Assembly: GCF_037042905.1 (NCBI RefSeq)
Contig: NC_087250.1
Span: forward strand, 12,712,001-12,776,000
DNA length: 64,000 nucleotides
Reading direction: 5' to 3'
Source of the DNA: Lytechinus pictus
Taxonomy: Eukaryota
Shown: one piece after another, positions 52,534-61,736 of the stretch
How positions within the stretch are numbered: the stretch's first letter is position 1
How the letters are laid out: each line of letters starts with the position of its first letter
Made by a program: the position numbers and the translations under genes
Notes under the pieces: generated by a model
What the model was told of the DNA's origin: nothing
The model's database searches: none
The model's input: the letters and a program-made list of their open reading frames with translations, nothing else

Positions 52534-55063
52534 CATCACCATCATCATCATCACCACCACCACCACTGTCACCATCATCATCACCACAGCGACCCTTCAT
52601 ACCAACGTTATGACCTACCTGGAGATACCATTCGTACTGGGGACACGCTGTCATGTTTTGAATCAAGCAAGGCTGATGATCCGTCAGAGGGGGGCATGGG
52701 AGCCCCCCATTTGAAGCTGCCCTCAGAACCCTTCGCGTCCTCATCCTAGTGGGGGGAGGGATAAAAACTTATATTTGTGACCTTCCACCTCAAAATCAAT
52801 TTCAAATTTTCACAGAGTGAGGAAGAAGAATTATTATTTCAGATCAGCTAATATTGGAGGCACGATAGCTCAGTCGGTAGAGCAAGGGTTTCGGATTCTG
52901 GTGATCTGGGTTGAATTCCCACTTGGTGCGCTCGAGTCCTTTGGTAAGGCATTAATCCTCATAACCAGGTCCATCGGAGAGGACCTCAAGCCGTCGGTTC
53001 TCTGGTTACTTGCTTACAAGCATTCATGCTTCCGTACCAATCAGGTAAAAAATCACCACCACCATAATTTCCTATTTTTATTTATTTATTTCTGATATTT
53101 TGACAGGGTGGCCCATTCACCAATAAGTAGTGGTCTTCCATGGGGCCCTGAATAACAATAAACATATTTACAAAATGCATAACGTATGTACAGAATGTTA
53201 CGTCGGCATTAAGATTCACATTAGGATTTGAATGTAAAACGAAACATTAACAAACTTAGCAGCAAACAAAACGCAGACGGACACTCGTTTGACGTATAAT
53301 CAAATATCAATTTATCAAATTAACTAAGAAAATACTGATAATATCCATCAAATCATCAAGGTCATGCTAACACAAAATAAGCACAACAGTGGATGTTCCG
53401 CAAGTTATTTATAAATTACAAGTTCTTCTAAACATTCTCTTAAATGAAATGACAGAAGGAGCTGTTCTAATTGAATTATCAAGCTTATTCCATTCAAATA
53501 TTGAAGATACAATTGGACTACACTTGGAAGACCAAATCGATATTTTGTCTATTTACAGAGAACCTTCCCTGGTGACTTAATGTTGGTTTGGGGGTGGCAG
53601 GTCACACATGAGGATGGAATGCTTGAAAACATAAAAAGAATGCAATCACCATAATGAAATCAGTATCTGTTCAAATATCAAATGATATAATATGGACATA
53701 AAGTGAAAATAATACCAATAGGGAAAGATTTATCACAAATGGACAGTACGTATTGTCAGCAACAACTGCTATTTTTTCACAAATTAGCTTCTACAAGTCA
53801 TGAAAAAAACAAGGTGTACATGTATGCACTTCATTGGGAATAGCTATCCTGTTGCATAAACTATATTGGAAGTCAAGATTTAGCTCTAAATATTTCATTT
53901 TGTTGAGCAACAGGTATTGTAACCTGGAGAGCGTTTCATGAAAGGACTTGTCAGACGTTTTATCTGACAAGTATTGTTTTATCCGACAGTTACTATGGTA
54001 ACAGTACCTCTCAGCCCATCATAATCAAGGAAAGTTGTCAGATCTGACAACTTGTCGGATGAAAATGTTGATGAAACACTCCCCAGAGCTAACTACTTCA
54101 GAGACCTACAATTCACAGCATGTATCTACTAGTAATAGGATGCATGTCATATAGGCCTTGGATCGTAAATCTTACCTGTGACCTCCGACCTCTTGAGAGA
54201 TGGGGTCATGACAGGTCACAGAGCATTCACCCCATGCTGACCACAGGGAGACGAGGCAATCGCAGGGGACCGTGCAGATCTCCTGCCTGGGTGGCTCGAA
54301 GTTTACAGTTTGGAGACTGTTTTCAACTCCTGAAATACAGTAAGAAAACAAAATTAATAGATAATGGTAGTGTAATATCAGAGTCAATGAAATGTCATCT
54401 CTAAAAATAGAAAATATGTTCAGGAGCCTGTTGCAGAAAGAGTTGCAATCAATCGCAACTCTAAAAATCAAGTGTAACTTGATTTTCAACCAATCAACAG
54501 CGCGCATTTGGGACTTGCGATTGATTTTTTGACTTGCATTTAAACGCAACTCATTCTGCAACGGACCCCTGTTATTGTACCTTCAGTTCATCAACAGACT
54601 ACCGGTAATCATTTCACACCAGCTCCTTGACAAGAAAAAAATGTTAGTATTCAACTCTTCATGAACCATTAAAAAATTGAAATACATGCATTTTATATAT
54701 CATAACATATGGGACAACTGCTTGTATATGACATCACAATCAAAAACTTTAAATTCTAATGACTTCCTACATGCATATCTTCGATGGATTTTCCTCAAAC
54801 CTTCACCAATATTTGTTCTGATATTTAAAACAAAACTTTTTGTCAACATGAACTTCCCCTTTATTCAATAACTGAGTGAATCCTTTATGCAAATGAATTT
54901 GAAAGGGGAAATAAAGGAAAATGGTTTTAGAGATGGAGCACTCACCCGATTCACCATTCTGTAAGCATCTTTCGCCTTCTACGGTCTCTCCGATGTCATC
55001 CACGCAATCGACCTGTCTGTATCTCTGTCCAACTGCACAGGAACTTGGACCAGCGCTCGAAGG
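20866..55063 (-). CDS. THSD7A: THSD7A/B-like thrombospondin type-1 repeat, single-pass membrane protein; 5'-partial, 25 exons, 4065 nt / 1354 aa in window
   Basis: All 24 introns are GT-AG with matching phases and give one open frame. Alternating TSP1 repeat types (WSxWSxCSxxCG..RxR; C..PCPxDC) typical of THSD7, then Cys-rich modules, TM segment WKWVVGAVCMGVMILAAILCGVLVY and a short tail ending ETTC*. The symbol denotes the THSD7A/B family, not strict orthology. No further exon was found in 55066-64000. Confidence 0.88.
21100..21362 (-). mobile_element. tRNA-derived SINE, family B
   Basis: Minus strand gtggtctagtggtta..gggttcgaatctc, core gaggtgaatgggtacccggcagg. Confidence 0.8.
22473..22554 (-). 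CDS. THSD7-like exon (transmembrane)
   Basis: TWKWVVGAVCMGVMILAAILCGVLVY; phase 1 to 2. Confidence 0.85.
22943..23044 (-). CDS. THSD7-like exon (juxtamembrane stalk)
   Basis: MLKCVPEDVIGTTSGGIETNDADSNTSLYHAKR; phase 1 to 1. Confidence 0.82.
23055..23161. repeat. 30-bp GA-rich tandem repeat, about 3 units
   Basis: gaggtggggagaggaagagagagatgaaga units. Confidence 0.9.
23209..23510 (+). mobile_element. tRNA-derived SINE, family B
   Basis: tggcccagtgg A box, gggttcaaatccc B box, cccaggtgaggtgaatgggtacc core, gtgctataca..(tta)n tail. Confidence 0.82.
23882..24040. mobile_element. Harbinger-like MITE (same family as 26089-26244)
   Basis: aacacaaagatt ... aatctttgtgtt inverted ends. Confidence 0.72.
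24078..24200 (-). CDS. THSD7-like exon (second Cys-rich module)
   Basis: NGRTCYPSVGCIVDDHCPFPHTMCSKERACICQPGYYSVD; phase 1 to 1. Confidence 0.85.
24310..24855. mobile_element. MITE with long imperfect TIRs
   Basis: ttgacaaatcatggggaaat (~24376) vs atttccccatgatttgtcaa (~24794). Confidence 0.65.
25029..25403. mobile_element. MITE with ~15-bp subterminal repeats (partial relative at 51794-51930)
   Basis: ggtaaattgccaa..(cgtcta/gtcca units) ... (tagac/tggac units)..ttggaaataaacc. Confidence 0.68.
25576..25835 (-). mobile_element. tRNA(CAT)-headed SINE, family C
   Basis: GGCAGAT/ATCTGCC acceptor-like stem, A and B boxes, CTCATAA loop; body shared with 10366-10701. Confidence 0.8.
25878..26021 (-). 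CDS. THSD7-like exon (Cys-rich/EGF-like)
   Basis: VEGGCDETVKP..CVPDCTSLGSYCDNGVCKCSSGFL; phase 1 to 1. Confidence 0.87.
26089..26244. mobile_element. Harbinger-like MITE
   Basis: gggctccgtaacacaaag ... ctttgagttatggggccc. Confidence 0.72.
26662..26762 (-). CDS. THSD7-like exon
   Basis: SCPAVSASCPVFRWAVGKWDKATRSRDIWCETL; phase 2 to 1. Confidence 0.87.
27285..28806. mobile_element. Kolobok-type (TTAA TSD, RR..YY ends) non-autonomous element, hosting a nested element
   Basis: ttaa|ggacgttccacagtta ... taactgtggaacgtcc|ttaa. Confidence 0.85.
28064..28645. mobile_element. Kolobok-type MITE nested in 27285-28806
   Basis: ttaa|aggtcaagtccacccca ... tggggtggacttgtcct|ttaa with long subterminal inverted repeats. 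Confidence 0.87.
28817..28959 (-). CDS. THSD7-like exon
   Basis: VSEWSPYSSCTGNCFNSSISGQKTRVRVV..GGKPC; phase 0 to 2. Confidence 0.88.
29332..29438 (-). CDS. THSD7-like exon
   Basis: LNNDVVNPLG..KCTTWCPGDCL; aag acceptor; phase 1 to 0. Confidence 0.8.
29603..29774 (-). CDS. THSD7-like exon
   Basis: PCNIKPCFTYMWYKGNWSACQ..CGVGQEMRLVECQRSDG; phase 0 to 1. Confidence 0.9.
29880..30440. repeat. (CAT)n/(CAC)n microsatellite
   Basis: Seen directly. Confidence 0.95.
30457..30716 (-). CDS. THSD7-like exon
   Basis: CMVECPIDCQLGAFTPWSSCSAICG; phase 1 to 0. Confidence 0.9.
31375..31559. mobile_element. hAT-like MITE
   Basis: caggggcagatccagg ... cctggatccgccagtg; TSD degenerate. Confidence 0.7.
31816..32046 (-). 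CDS. THSD7-like exon
   Basis: ECVFSEWSAFTSCSQPC..GEWSTCRPIQGECGR; phase 1 to 1. Confidence 0.9.
32245..32774. repeat. (CAT)n/(CAC)n microsatellite
   Basis: Seen directly. Confidence 0.95.
32777..32933 (-). CDS. THSD7-like exon
   Basis: WAPCLPTDLKTNCGAGTQSRTINC..CHLPCQ; phase 0 to 1. Confidence 0.88.
33328..33745. mobile_element. hAT-like MITE with 5-bp TSD
   Basis: acaaa|caggattcccagc ... gctgggaatcctg|acaaa. Confidence 0.8.
33753..34039. mobile_element. Harbinger-like MITE
   Basis: agt|ggcccgtatt ... aatacgggcc|agt (3-bp TSD). Confidence 0.72.
34130..34257 (-). CDS. THSD7-like exon
   Basis: ERTRTREIMVNPVQGGRACP; phase 1 to 0. Confidence 0.88.
34859..35065 (-). CDS. THSD7-like exon
   Basis: CGAGKQSRAAIC..CSIDCEVTQWSNWSSCSQACG; phase 1 to 1. 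Confidence 0.9.
35874..36008 (-). CDS. THSD7-like exon
   Basis: ELCPHIADSDLHEFLSC..YSWTFGPWTTCLLPE; weaker donor gtctgt; phase 1 to 1. Confidence 0.8.
36123..36342. mobile_element. Harbinger-like MITE
   Basis: tttcacaaagatttaagtatg ... catacttaaatctttgtgaaa. Confidence 0.75.
36388..36770. repeat. (TAC)n microsatellite
   Basis: Seen directly. Confidence 0.95.
36920..37099 (-). CDS. THSD7-like exon
   Basis: CYVPCGGDCLLSEWSEFGPCQSNCG; phase 1 to 1. Confidence 0.88.
37928..38095 (-). CDS. THSD7-like exon
   Basis: PCYTFQWVTGGWSACQVIGSSCGKGLQTREVHC; phase 1 to 1. Confidence 0.9.
38780..39826. repeat. ~1 kb (AGT)n microsatellite
   Basis: Seen directly; source of the poly-S/V/T/L/Y ORFs. Confidence 0.97.
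39902..40123 (-). CDS. THSD7-like exon
   Basis: CDQACPQDCELSPWSTWSSCSASCG; phase 1 to 1. Confidence 0.9.
40287..40512. mobile_element. Harbinger-like MITE (same family as 50055-50330)
   Basis: cccgtcttacaaagag ... ctctttgtaagacggg. Confidence 0.78.
40542..41041 (+). mobile_element. 3' fragment of an L1/Tx1-type LINE with poly(A) tail
   Basis: Decayed HLFF*CQFVSNFWNDL..KYFIF; AATAAA then poly(A); 14-bp TSD aaacatttgatgac at 40528-40541 and 41042-41055. Confidence 0.8.
41071..42028 (-). mobile_element. Helentron/HINE (DINE-1-like) non-autonomous element with internal ~163-bp tandem array
   Basis: Subterminal IR gtctcacctgcat (~41094) / atgcaggtgagac (~42011); end hairpin gtctcac..gtgagac next to an A/T run; (gcc)n microsatellite; ~5 units of gacctttgaccttg.tcatgtgac. 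Confidence 0.75.
42176..42430 (-). CDS. THSD7-like exon
   Basis: CHSYSWQATAWGECQ..CGEGIGYQSRSVVC; phase 1 to 1. Confidence 0.88.
42680..42910 (+). mobile_element. SINE family B, internally deleted
   Basis: gggttcaaatccca B box, ttccttgaatgc, (tta)n tail. Confidence 0.7.
43021..43284 (-). CDS. THSD7-like exon
   Basis: RWTKCFLNRGYDDCGPGTRHRAVYC..CVVNEWSDWGDCSVSCG; phase 1 to 1. Confidence 0.9.
43403..43996. mobile_element. Kolobok-type MITE, same family as 28064-28645, opposite orientation
   Basis: ttaa|aggacaagtccacccc ... ggggtggacttgacct|ttaa. Confidence 0.87.
44960..45302 (+). mobile_element. tRNA-derived SINE related to family B, longer core
   Basis: A/B boxes, cgacccaggtg..aaatgggtacccgg, gctccccagggag, gtgctatataaa..(tta)n tail. 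Confidence 0.78.
45349..45585 (-). CDS. THSD7-like exon
   Basis: CYLDCPVDCEVGHWTHWSSCTKSCGEG; phase 1 to 1. Confidence 0.9.
46305..46700. repeat. CT-rich (CTT)n low-complexity tract
   Basis: Seen directly. Confidence 0.85.
46717..46830. mobile_element. Small hAT-like hairpin MITE
   Basis: cagtggcagaacgtgacccggaggagacaaa ... tttgtctcctccggtcacggtccgccactg; TSD ataccaag/atatcaag. Confidence 0.82.
49662..49946 (+). mobile_element. tRNA-derived SINE, family B
   Basis: tggtctagtgg, gggttcaaatccc, gacccaggtgaggtgaatgggtacccgg. Confidence 0.82.
50055..50330. mobile_element. Harbinger-like MITE
   Basis: ccgtcttacaaagagttgca.ttgatccaatcaatcac ... gtgattgattggatcaaatgcaactctttgtaagacgg. Confidence 0.8.
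50829..51325. mobile_element. Kolobok-type MITE (partial relative at ~54660-54862)
   Basis: ttaa|aggggaagttcaccctga ... tcagggtgaacttcccct|ttaa. Confidence 0.87.
51365..51560 (+). mobile_element. Degenerate SINE family B
   Basis: gggttcaaatct, cccaggtgaggtgaatgggtaacc, gcgctatataaa. Confidence 0.7.
51593..51728 (-). CDS. THSD7-like exon
   Basis: DWQQCRVTQNSSAPCGAGIETRQVFCIDS; phase 0 to 1. Confidence 0.88.
51930..52586. repeat. (CAT)n microsatellite enclosing a partial exon duplicate
   Basis: Seen directly. Confidence 0.93.
52619..52745 (-). CDS. THSD7-like exon
   Basis: MRTRRVLRAASNGGLPCPPLTDHQPC..YEWYLQ; phase 2 to 0. Confidence 0.88.
52856..53063 (+). mobile_element. tRNA-derived SINE, family A
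   Basis: Co-linear with the reverse complement of 1012-1218. Confidence 0.85.
53085..53560 (-). mobile_element. CR1/L2-type LINE 3' fragment
   Basis: Minus-strand WNKL..FKRM-like remnant, cagggcc..ccctg 3' hairpin, (aaat)n tail. Confidence 0.5.
53926..54084. mobile_element. Harbinger-like MITE
   Basis: gagcgtttcat ... atgaaacactc; internal gacaa/ttgtc repeats. Confidence 0.68.
54176..54329 (-). CDS. THSD7-like exon
   Basis: EICTVPCDCLVSLWSAWGECSVTC; phase 1 to 2. Confidence 0.88.
54424..54569. mobile_element. Harbinger-like MITE
   Basis: gttgcagaaagagttgc ... gcaactcattctgcaac. Confidence 0.72.
54946..55063 (-). CDS. THSD7-like exon (most 5' in window)
   Basis: PSSAGPSSCAVGQRYRQVDCVDDIGETVEGERCLQNGES; phase 0 to 1. 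Confidence 0.85.
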
Positions 55064-56984
55064 CTGGAATTTAAACAAAAAAAGTTATCAATTGGTTTGA
55101 AATCAGATCAAACATTAGAGCTTTGACCTTTGCCTTTTACACTACACACTCAGGTTAATTACTAACAGATAGTGCAATGTGACTTATATGCCTATACATG
55201 TACATGTATATGCGCCGGTATATGCGTATAAGGACCAAGTTTGAAGTTGATCCACGACCCCAAAGCATTATACATGAAATGCTTCCGTCAAAGATCTATG
55301 GCGTGCAGAAGCATAAAAATCTAAACATAAAACAGGTATGCAAATTATGCAATGTGATCAAATTAGTTTTTGTAATTAAGACAAAGATTTACTTTCAAAA
55401 GAGTCGCCAGTTTTCACTGATATGGACTGTTTATGCCCATCGAACCTGCTCACGGGTTAGTATTACTACATAGCATACTGTGTTTGCCAAGTTTTGGATG
55501 TGCATGGATACAGAAAGCTTCCATCAAATACTTCTAAATCTAGAAGAAGTAGATTGGATTGGTCCTCGATCGCAATCTATTTCAATCTAAGAAATTTAGA
55601 GAGTGCGTTTTTTCTAAGATTCGCTGTATTTACATTTGCTTTATCATATATGATTTGTATCAAAGAAGAAAGTCACAAAGAATGTGATGTTTTTAACACT
55701 GAAGAACAGTGCATCAATTGGGTCTCTTGTTTACTATGAACTTGCTCTGGGTTTTCTTCCATTTCATGATCGAACTATTTAGTGACAGTGAGGAGAAATC
55801 GCTCGTTCACTAGCATTCGCAATAGGTTTTGCACGTAAGTGGAGCTTGATGTGGGAGAGCCAATCACGTCTCTGGTACTCTCATACACGTCATCGAATTT
55901 GAGTCAATTCAGAGGCCGATGCGAGGCATATTTCGGAGAGGCATTTTAGCGCTTTTTAATTGGCGATTTCCATCTTGTGTATTATTTTCGTTATTTTCAA
56001 ATGGCCTAATGATAATCCCCAAATCATTACCTTTCCATTGAAATATAATAAGGCCATATGTTCAAAATCAATATATTTCTCCTTTAAAATGAAATAAACA
56101 TTTTCTCTATAGATATAGTAATGTTCATGTTCTTCTCCGCTGGACCTTGCTTTCTTCCTCTTGTTATTGTGCAATAACCTTTTGAAATACTATGATCTTA
56201 GAGCATTTTCCATTTTAACTGGTTCATTTCTAATGCACAAATGCATTAGTAATGTATACTTGGATCACAAATTTTCTTTTCCTTGGATTTCTTTCAAACA
56301 GTGCAATACATATTCATTGGAATTTTCATTTTTGTCCCAGTTCAATAACTTGATTCCATATACATGTAATACTAAATAATTTTAATTACACTACTCAAAA
56401 AAATCAATTGATTAATTGCCATTTTTTAACATCATTTTGTCATTTCTCTAGAGCAGTGGCCTTCAAAGTGTAATTTCACATTTTGAATGATATAATAGTA
56501 TATAGACCAAGACATATTTCCACGTGCTACAAGGAAAACAAATATTAAAATAATAATAATAATAATAATAGTCAGTTTGTTTTGTGACAACTGTGCAAAG
56601 GTGATACTGCATCCTGATAATTTATATTTTTTAAACTGTCTGTTGACCTTTCTAGCCAAATCATTAATTTTTATAGGGTACTCAAAGAGACAAATAGCTA
56701 GTACATGGGAAAGGATGTTCCTAAATCAAACTGTGTCATGTCCATTAATCAGACCAAACCTCCTTCAAAAATAAATGTAGTTCACCACACCAAAGGTCAT
56801 TTCAGACTGTGTTGGTTTAAACCACATTATAGATCACCATCACATCGCTGGTCTGTGTAATGAGTTATATGAGGTATTACAGGACATTGATACTCTCTAA
56901 TTGGAGAAAGACGAGGATGATAACCCCCCCCCCCCCCCCGAAAAATAGAATGGAAGGAAAGATAGAAGACAGTGGATTGAAAAA

Positions 56985-57170
56985 AAGAATGGATGGATGG
57001 ATAGATGGATGGATGGATGAATGAATGAATAAATAAATCAATCAATCAATCAATAAATGAATAAATAAATAAACAAATAAATGAATAAATAGATAAATAA
57101 ATAAATAATCATTAATTAATTATTTACAATCAATGAATCAATGAAATCAATAAATAATGAATTAATGAAT
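56985..57170. repeat. Compound (GGAT)/(GAAT)/(CAAT)/(AAAT) tetranucleotide microsatellite
   Basis: Seen directly. Confidence 0.9.
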
Positions 57171-60125
57171 TACTAGTAAAATTTTACTAAATTAATCAAT
57201 ATACATAAAAAAATATTCAACAATAAAAGAGTAGTCCTACATACATACGTGTACACAAGAGAGGCAAAACAATTAACTTTCATCAGTGCCGGAAGAAAAA
57301 ATAATGGAATTTTCAAGTTAAAATTGAATCATTTGGAGGAAAGTGGTCAACTATGCACCTACATGTAATCCTAACTTTGGGGTAATTTTCAAACACTTTA
57401 AAAATACAGTATCGTTATTTTATCACTGAAAGTGAGGTGTTTTCATTTATACAGTCGGCAACTACAACCACATTTTTTTCAGAGTAGATTTCTAATTTTC
57501 TACATTATCATGTGCATTTCGCGTTCTACTGTACATGCCTTAATAAGGAGCAATGTGCAGGGAACAATTATGCTTCTCAAATTTCAAAGCTGTTACACGG
57601 AAATTGATTACAACAAAATTCTGTTTCATGCTACATGTACAAAAAAAAGATATTTTTCTTTTTTATCACTCTATATCTTACACCTTTTGTAAATTTTGAG
57701 CCAGGTGTTAAGATCTCATATAACAAATCACTGATCAAAAGTGCATGATGATATTTATTTTGGTACATGAGTAATTAAAACATTTCCTCAGGCGATCATC
57801 CGCAGGCAACATAACAGCTACCACCTGGAGAAAGAAGTTTGCCAGCTATCCTCAGATGATTTTACTCTTTGACTCATTATGAAATAATGTGTTTGTACAT
57901 AATGCAACTTAGCTGATTAACTCTTAACATGCCATGAACACATATCTGTGCATCCACTGGACTGCCACGAAAACTATTTTGTGCAATGGTCATACAGCTA
58001 TTGTTATGCCTATTGCATTTTGAGGAGTGCATTGCATGCATGGGTGATTCCATTATTCAATTCAGCTTAATATGGTCAAGAGGTTTAACATTATTGTCTC
58101 AAGAGTGATTCCCTGTTTATTATAAATAAAACAATGAAATATAGACTCTTTGAAAAAAAATGGCACTCGCTGATTACAGTGAATATGGCACATTAAGAGT
58201 GAAATGTTTGGGATGAGAGACTTTTCAAAATTACTTTTGAATATTAAAATAATACTTTAATTTGTTGTTCATTCGATTTTTACAATTTCATGATTTCAAT
58301 CCTTCAATTAATTGCAATCTTTGAAACTTGCCGGAATAATGATTTGCATAGTATGGCTCAAGTGATAATGTATCAAGATAAATATAGTCTAGCAAGTGCT
58401 GTCATTTTTATACATGTACATTATATTGTTTTTATACAAAACCTAGGTCATAATCATGTATTGTATATATGTTTTTACTTTGTAAATATGATAATATGAG
58501 TCTTCTGAATTATGTCATGTAATCATTTCTCACAATAAAAACAAAACTGTATAGAATTGAATTGAATATCCTTAGCACACTCACGGTCAGTATTACAAAC
58601 TGTGCCCAGAAAGAGAGAGAGAGAGGGAGAGAGGGGGGGGGGGCACTTACATGTACTTCCAAAATCACTTGTTCTCATTATTGGTACACCTCTTACCAGT
58701 CACAAAAGAAGTTTCCTCCTAAGAAGATTTTGACAAGGAGACTTGACAACCTTTTCTAAATTATAGGTACCAAACACATAACTGAAAATATGCTTTTTAA
58801 TCTTTATACATGTTACGTGCTGTTTGAAGGCAGCCACTCAAGTTGTTTTAAAAAATGAAACAAATGTTTAAAGTTTTAAACAACTTTTTGTTTAAAATAA
58901 CAGCTTTAAACATTGTGCTTAAAATGTAAACAGCATTTTCATGCTAAACACTGTACACTCATTGTAGGCAGTATGGAAATTGATTTTTAAACAGGTCTAC
59001 ATGTCTACCAACTCTGAAAGGTGACTGACAGCCAAGACAGAGGAACAAACTACTTATAAATTTTCCAGAAATAGGAAGGAGCATTTTTAAATTTTATACA
59101 CATATTAAACTGGGCCTCTTTCCCCCTAAAATATGAATATTTCCTAATAGAAACACTCATTTGAAAAGAGTGATATCAGATACTTATCAGTGTCTTCCAA
59201 GAGGAAAGCGATGCATAGCTTGCTTGCTGGTTCACCCAGCATGAAATGACCAATCTACACAAACATTTCCATTTTGCCCCCCAAAATAGCATGATATTTT
59301 TATCAGTTTTCACTTTTTTACACAATTTTGGTGAGGATATCTATAGCTTGGAACCATGGAGAATAGTATTGAAGAAGTATGAAAAATAATTGTACAATCT
59401 CCCTATCGCTTTTTTTTGGGTGACCCCACCCTCTTAGCCCGTGATAAGAATGACATTTATTTCTTAATTTTTTATATACATGTATATTTTTAAATATTTT
59501 TTTAAACTTTCCAACAAATGACAGCGTCTCTAAAAAACAGCAAGGCCAGAGGTTGTTACAGATTGATACAGATTGGCTCTGAATTGTGCCAGCCAAACAT
59601 TTGGAGTTATATTTTATAAACTTAAGGATTAACTATTAAGTAAAACACAAATTCAAAACTTCCAAGCTACATACAAATTGAAAAAAAAATCTAAGGTTAG
59701 AAATCCTGTGTTTGACAGGTAACTTAAAACTGAAGCTGTCCTGAATTAAAAGACATTGTTCAAAATCAAATAAAAACAAACATTTCAAAGTTGACGATGA
59801 ATAAGAATAATTTATCACCATGAATTTTGTCATTCTCTGTAACAGTGTTGTAAATCATAACAGTCTATAACCAATGCATAATGATAAATAGACTTTAGCT
59901 CTGTCAAACAGCAACGTTTCTTCATTAAATCTTGCTTTTCTTAATTGGATTTTGGGCTAATTATTGCCACCCTCCTTTCCGTTCCATCCTCTTTTTAGAC
60001 ACTTGGTCAATTAAGTCATCAAGAGAGATGTTTTAATGTGTCAAACACTGTCTGTATCTTTAGGCTACCAGACAACACATCAAGATAACGCTGTATACTC
60101 ATCCCCATTCACACAACAAATAAAA

Positions 60126-60303
60126 GCGTGTGTATTTGAATTTTGTCAGACGTGTATCAATCAGATATGATTATTTACGTCTGGGACCGACCTTTAACGT
60201 CACCATCCGAAAGACGTGACCAGGGCTCGAACCTCGAACCTCTGCATCAATTTGTAACTTCCCCACATAGCTTGGATTACAGGCGCACGCCACAACGCCC
60301 AGT
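60126..60303 (-). mobile_element. Candidate 7SL(SRP RNA)-headed SINE
   Basis: Minus strand ACTGGGCGTTGTGGCGTGCGCCTGTAATCCAAGCTA (7SL Alu-domain-like), GGTTCGAGCCC B box, core shared with SINE family A, 3' hairpin, ACACAC tail. Confidence 0.65.
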
Positions 60304-61152
60304 TGTACAGGTGCATACATGTACATACATGTATACAACATTGCACTAGTTAACGTTTACCAACCACTACATAAAATCCCTAAATTGCATATTGTTATCA
60401 TTTCAACTAGCACTTATGTCTCGGTGTGTGACCCTACACAGTAAAAAAAAACACATTTCTTAAAAGCCTACACAAGTTGTTTAAACTTTTTTTTATAATT
60501 GTTTAAACTTAAAACAACTTGTTGTTAAAATGACAGGCTTAGAAAATGTGCTATTTTTTGTTTAATGAAACAAACATCAATTTTAAACAACTTGTTAAAA
60601 AAGGAGCCTCAGAAAATACTCATTCAGTGCAATATTAAAGCTTATAGGTAGCAGATTTTGGGAGTAGATGGTAAAAAAAAGTAGCCCCCAAATTTATATT
60701 TAAAAAAAAATCTTTGCCTGGAGCAGTAACTGCAGTTTAATAAATTTCTTTGAGTGTGAAATGGCCCGGAGTGCACCTAATAAAGCGAGGTGAGAAACTA
60801 CAAGTAGGTCATAATAAAAGTTTAACAAGGAAATGAGTCATTCACACACTAGAGGGTATCATTCATTAGCACTGATTACATTTCATAATTGGGACCACCT
60901 TCCCCAAGACAAGTAGCTCTCCCCCCCCCCCCCCCCCCCCTCATCCAATTAAACGATCAATGGGATTAGATGGAGGATCAGAAGGATCATTAATGATCCT
61001 GGAATTGGATTGGGCTCTCACCTTGAATTATTACACCTGGGCCCATTGCATAAAACATTTTTGGTAACTACCATGGCAACTGCTCAGCAGCCAATCAGAA
61101 TCGAGGATTCCATTAAAGATGCCATTGGATGGCAAAGTTACCATAATATTAA

Positions 61153-61736
61153 AGGAGAATGAAACTCTTGGAGCAAGTTAGCTTTTGTGAAAGCAGAAAA
61201 GTAAAAGAGTAAGATCAACAAAAGTTTGAGTAAAATAGGACTAGCAATAGAAGAGTAATGAGTATTTGAATGTCGAGATCACTAATGCTATGGAGATCCT
61301 CCCATTGGCAATGCGACCAAGATCTATGATGTCACAGATGAACAACTCTCCCCTTTTAGACACTGAAAATATATCCCAAAACATCTCTTTTTGCTCATTC
61401 TAATCATATGACAAACGATTCATCATTGATATAATGTTGTGAAACCTCTGTACTTGTCCTCTCGTAAAGAGAACACCTCACCTTGTGATAGACTCTATAA
61501 AAGTGAGAATATAAGTGAAATAAGTACTAAAGTAATGAGGGAGTTGTACGTGTGTGACATCACAGATCTTGGTTGCATTGCCAATGGGAGGATCTACATG
61601 GCATTAGTGATCTCAATATTCAAATGCTCATAACTTTCTTATTATTCATTCAATCTGCCTCAAACTTTCAACAATATGTTTCTTTGATTTTTCTCTTTGA
61701 TATGGATTCAGCTGGTTTCAAGGGTTTCATTCTCCT
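61153..61736. mobile_element. Kolobok-type MITE inserted in a Harbinger-like MITE
   Basis: ttaa|aggagaatgaaac ... gtttcattctcct|ttaa; long internal inverted repeats. Confidence 0.85.

Noticed and set aside
60255..60303. Human Alu contamination or a true 7SL gene
   Set aside because: Similarity stops after ~45 nt; no Alu body, A-rich linker or SRP S-domain; it continues into a core shared with a local SINE.
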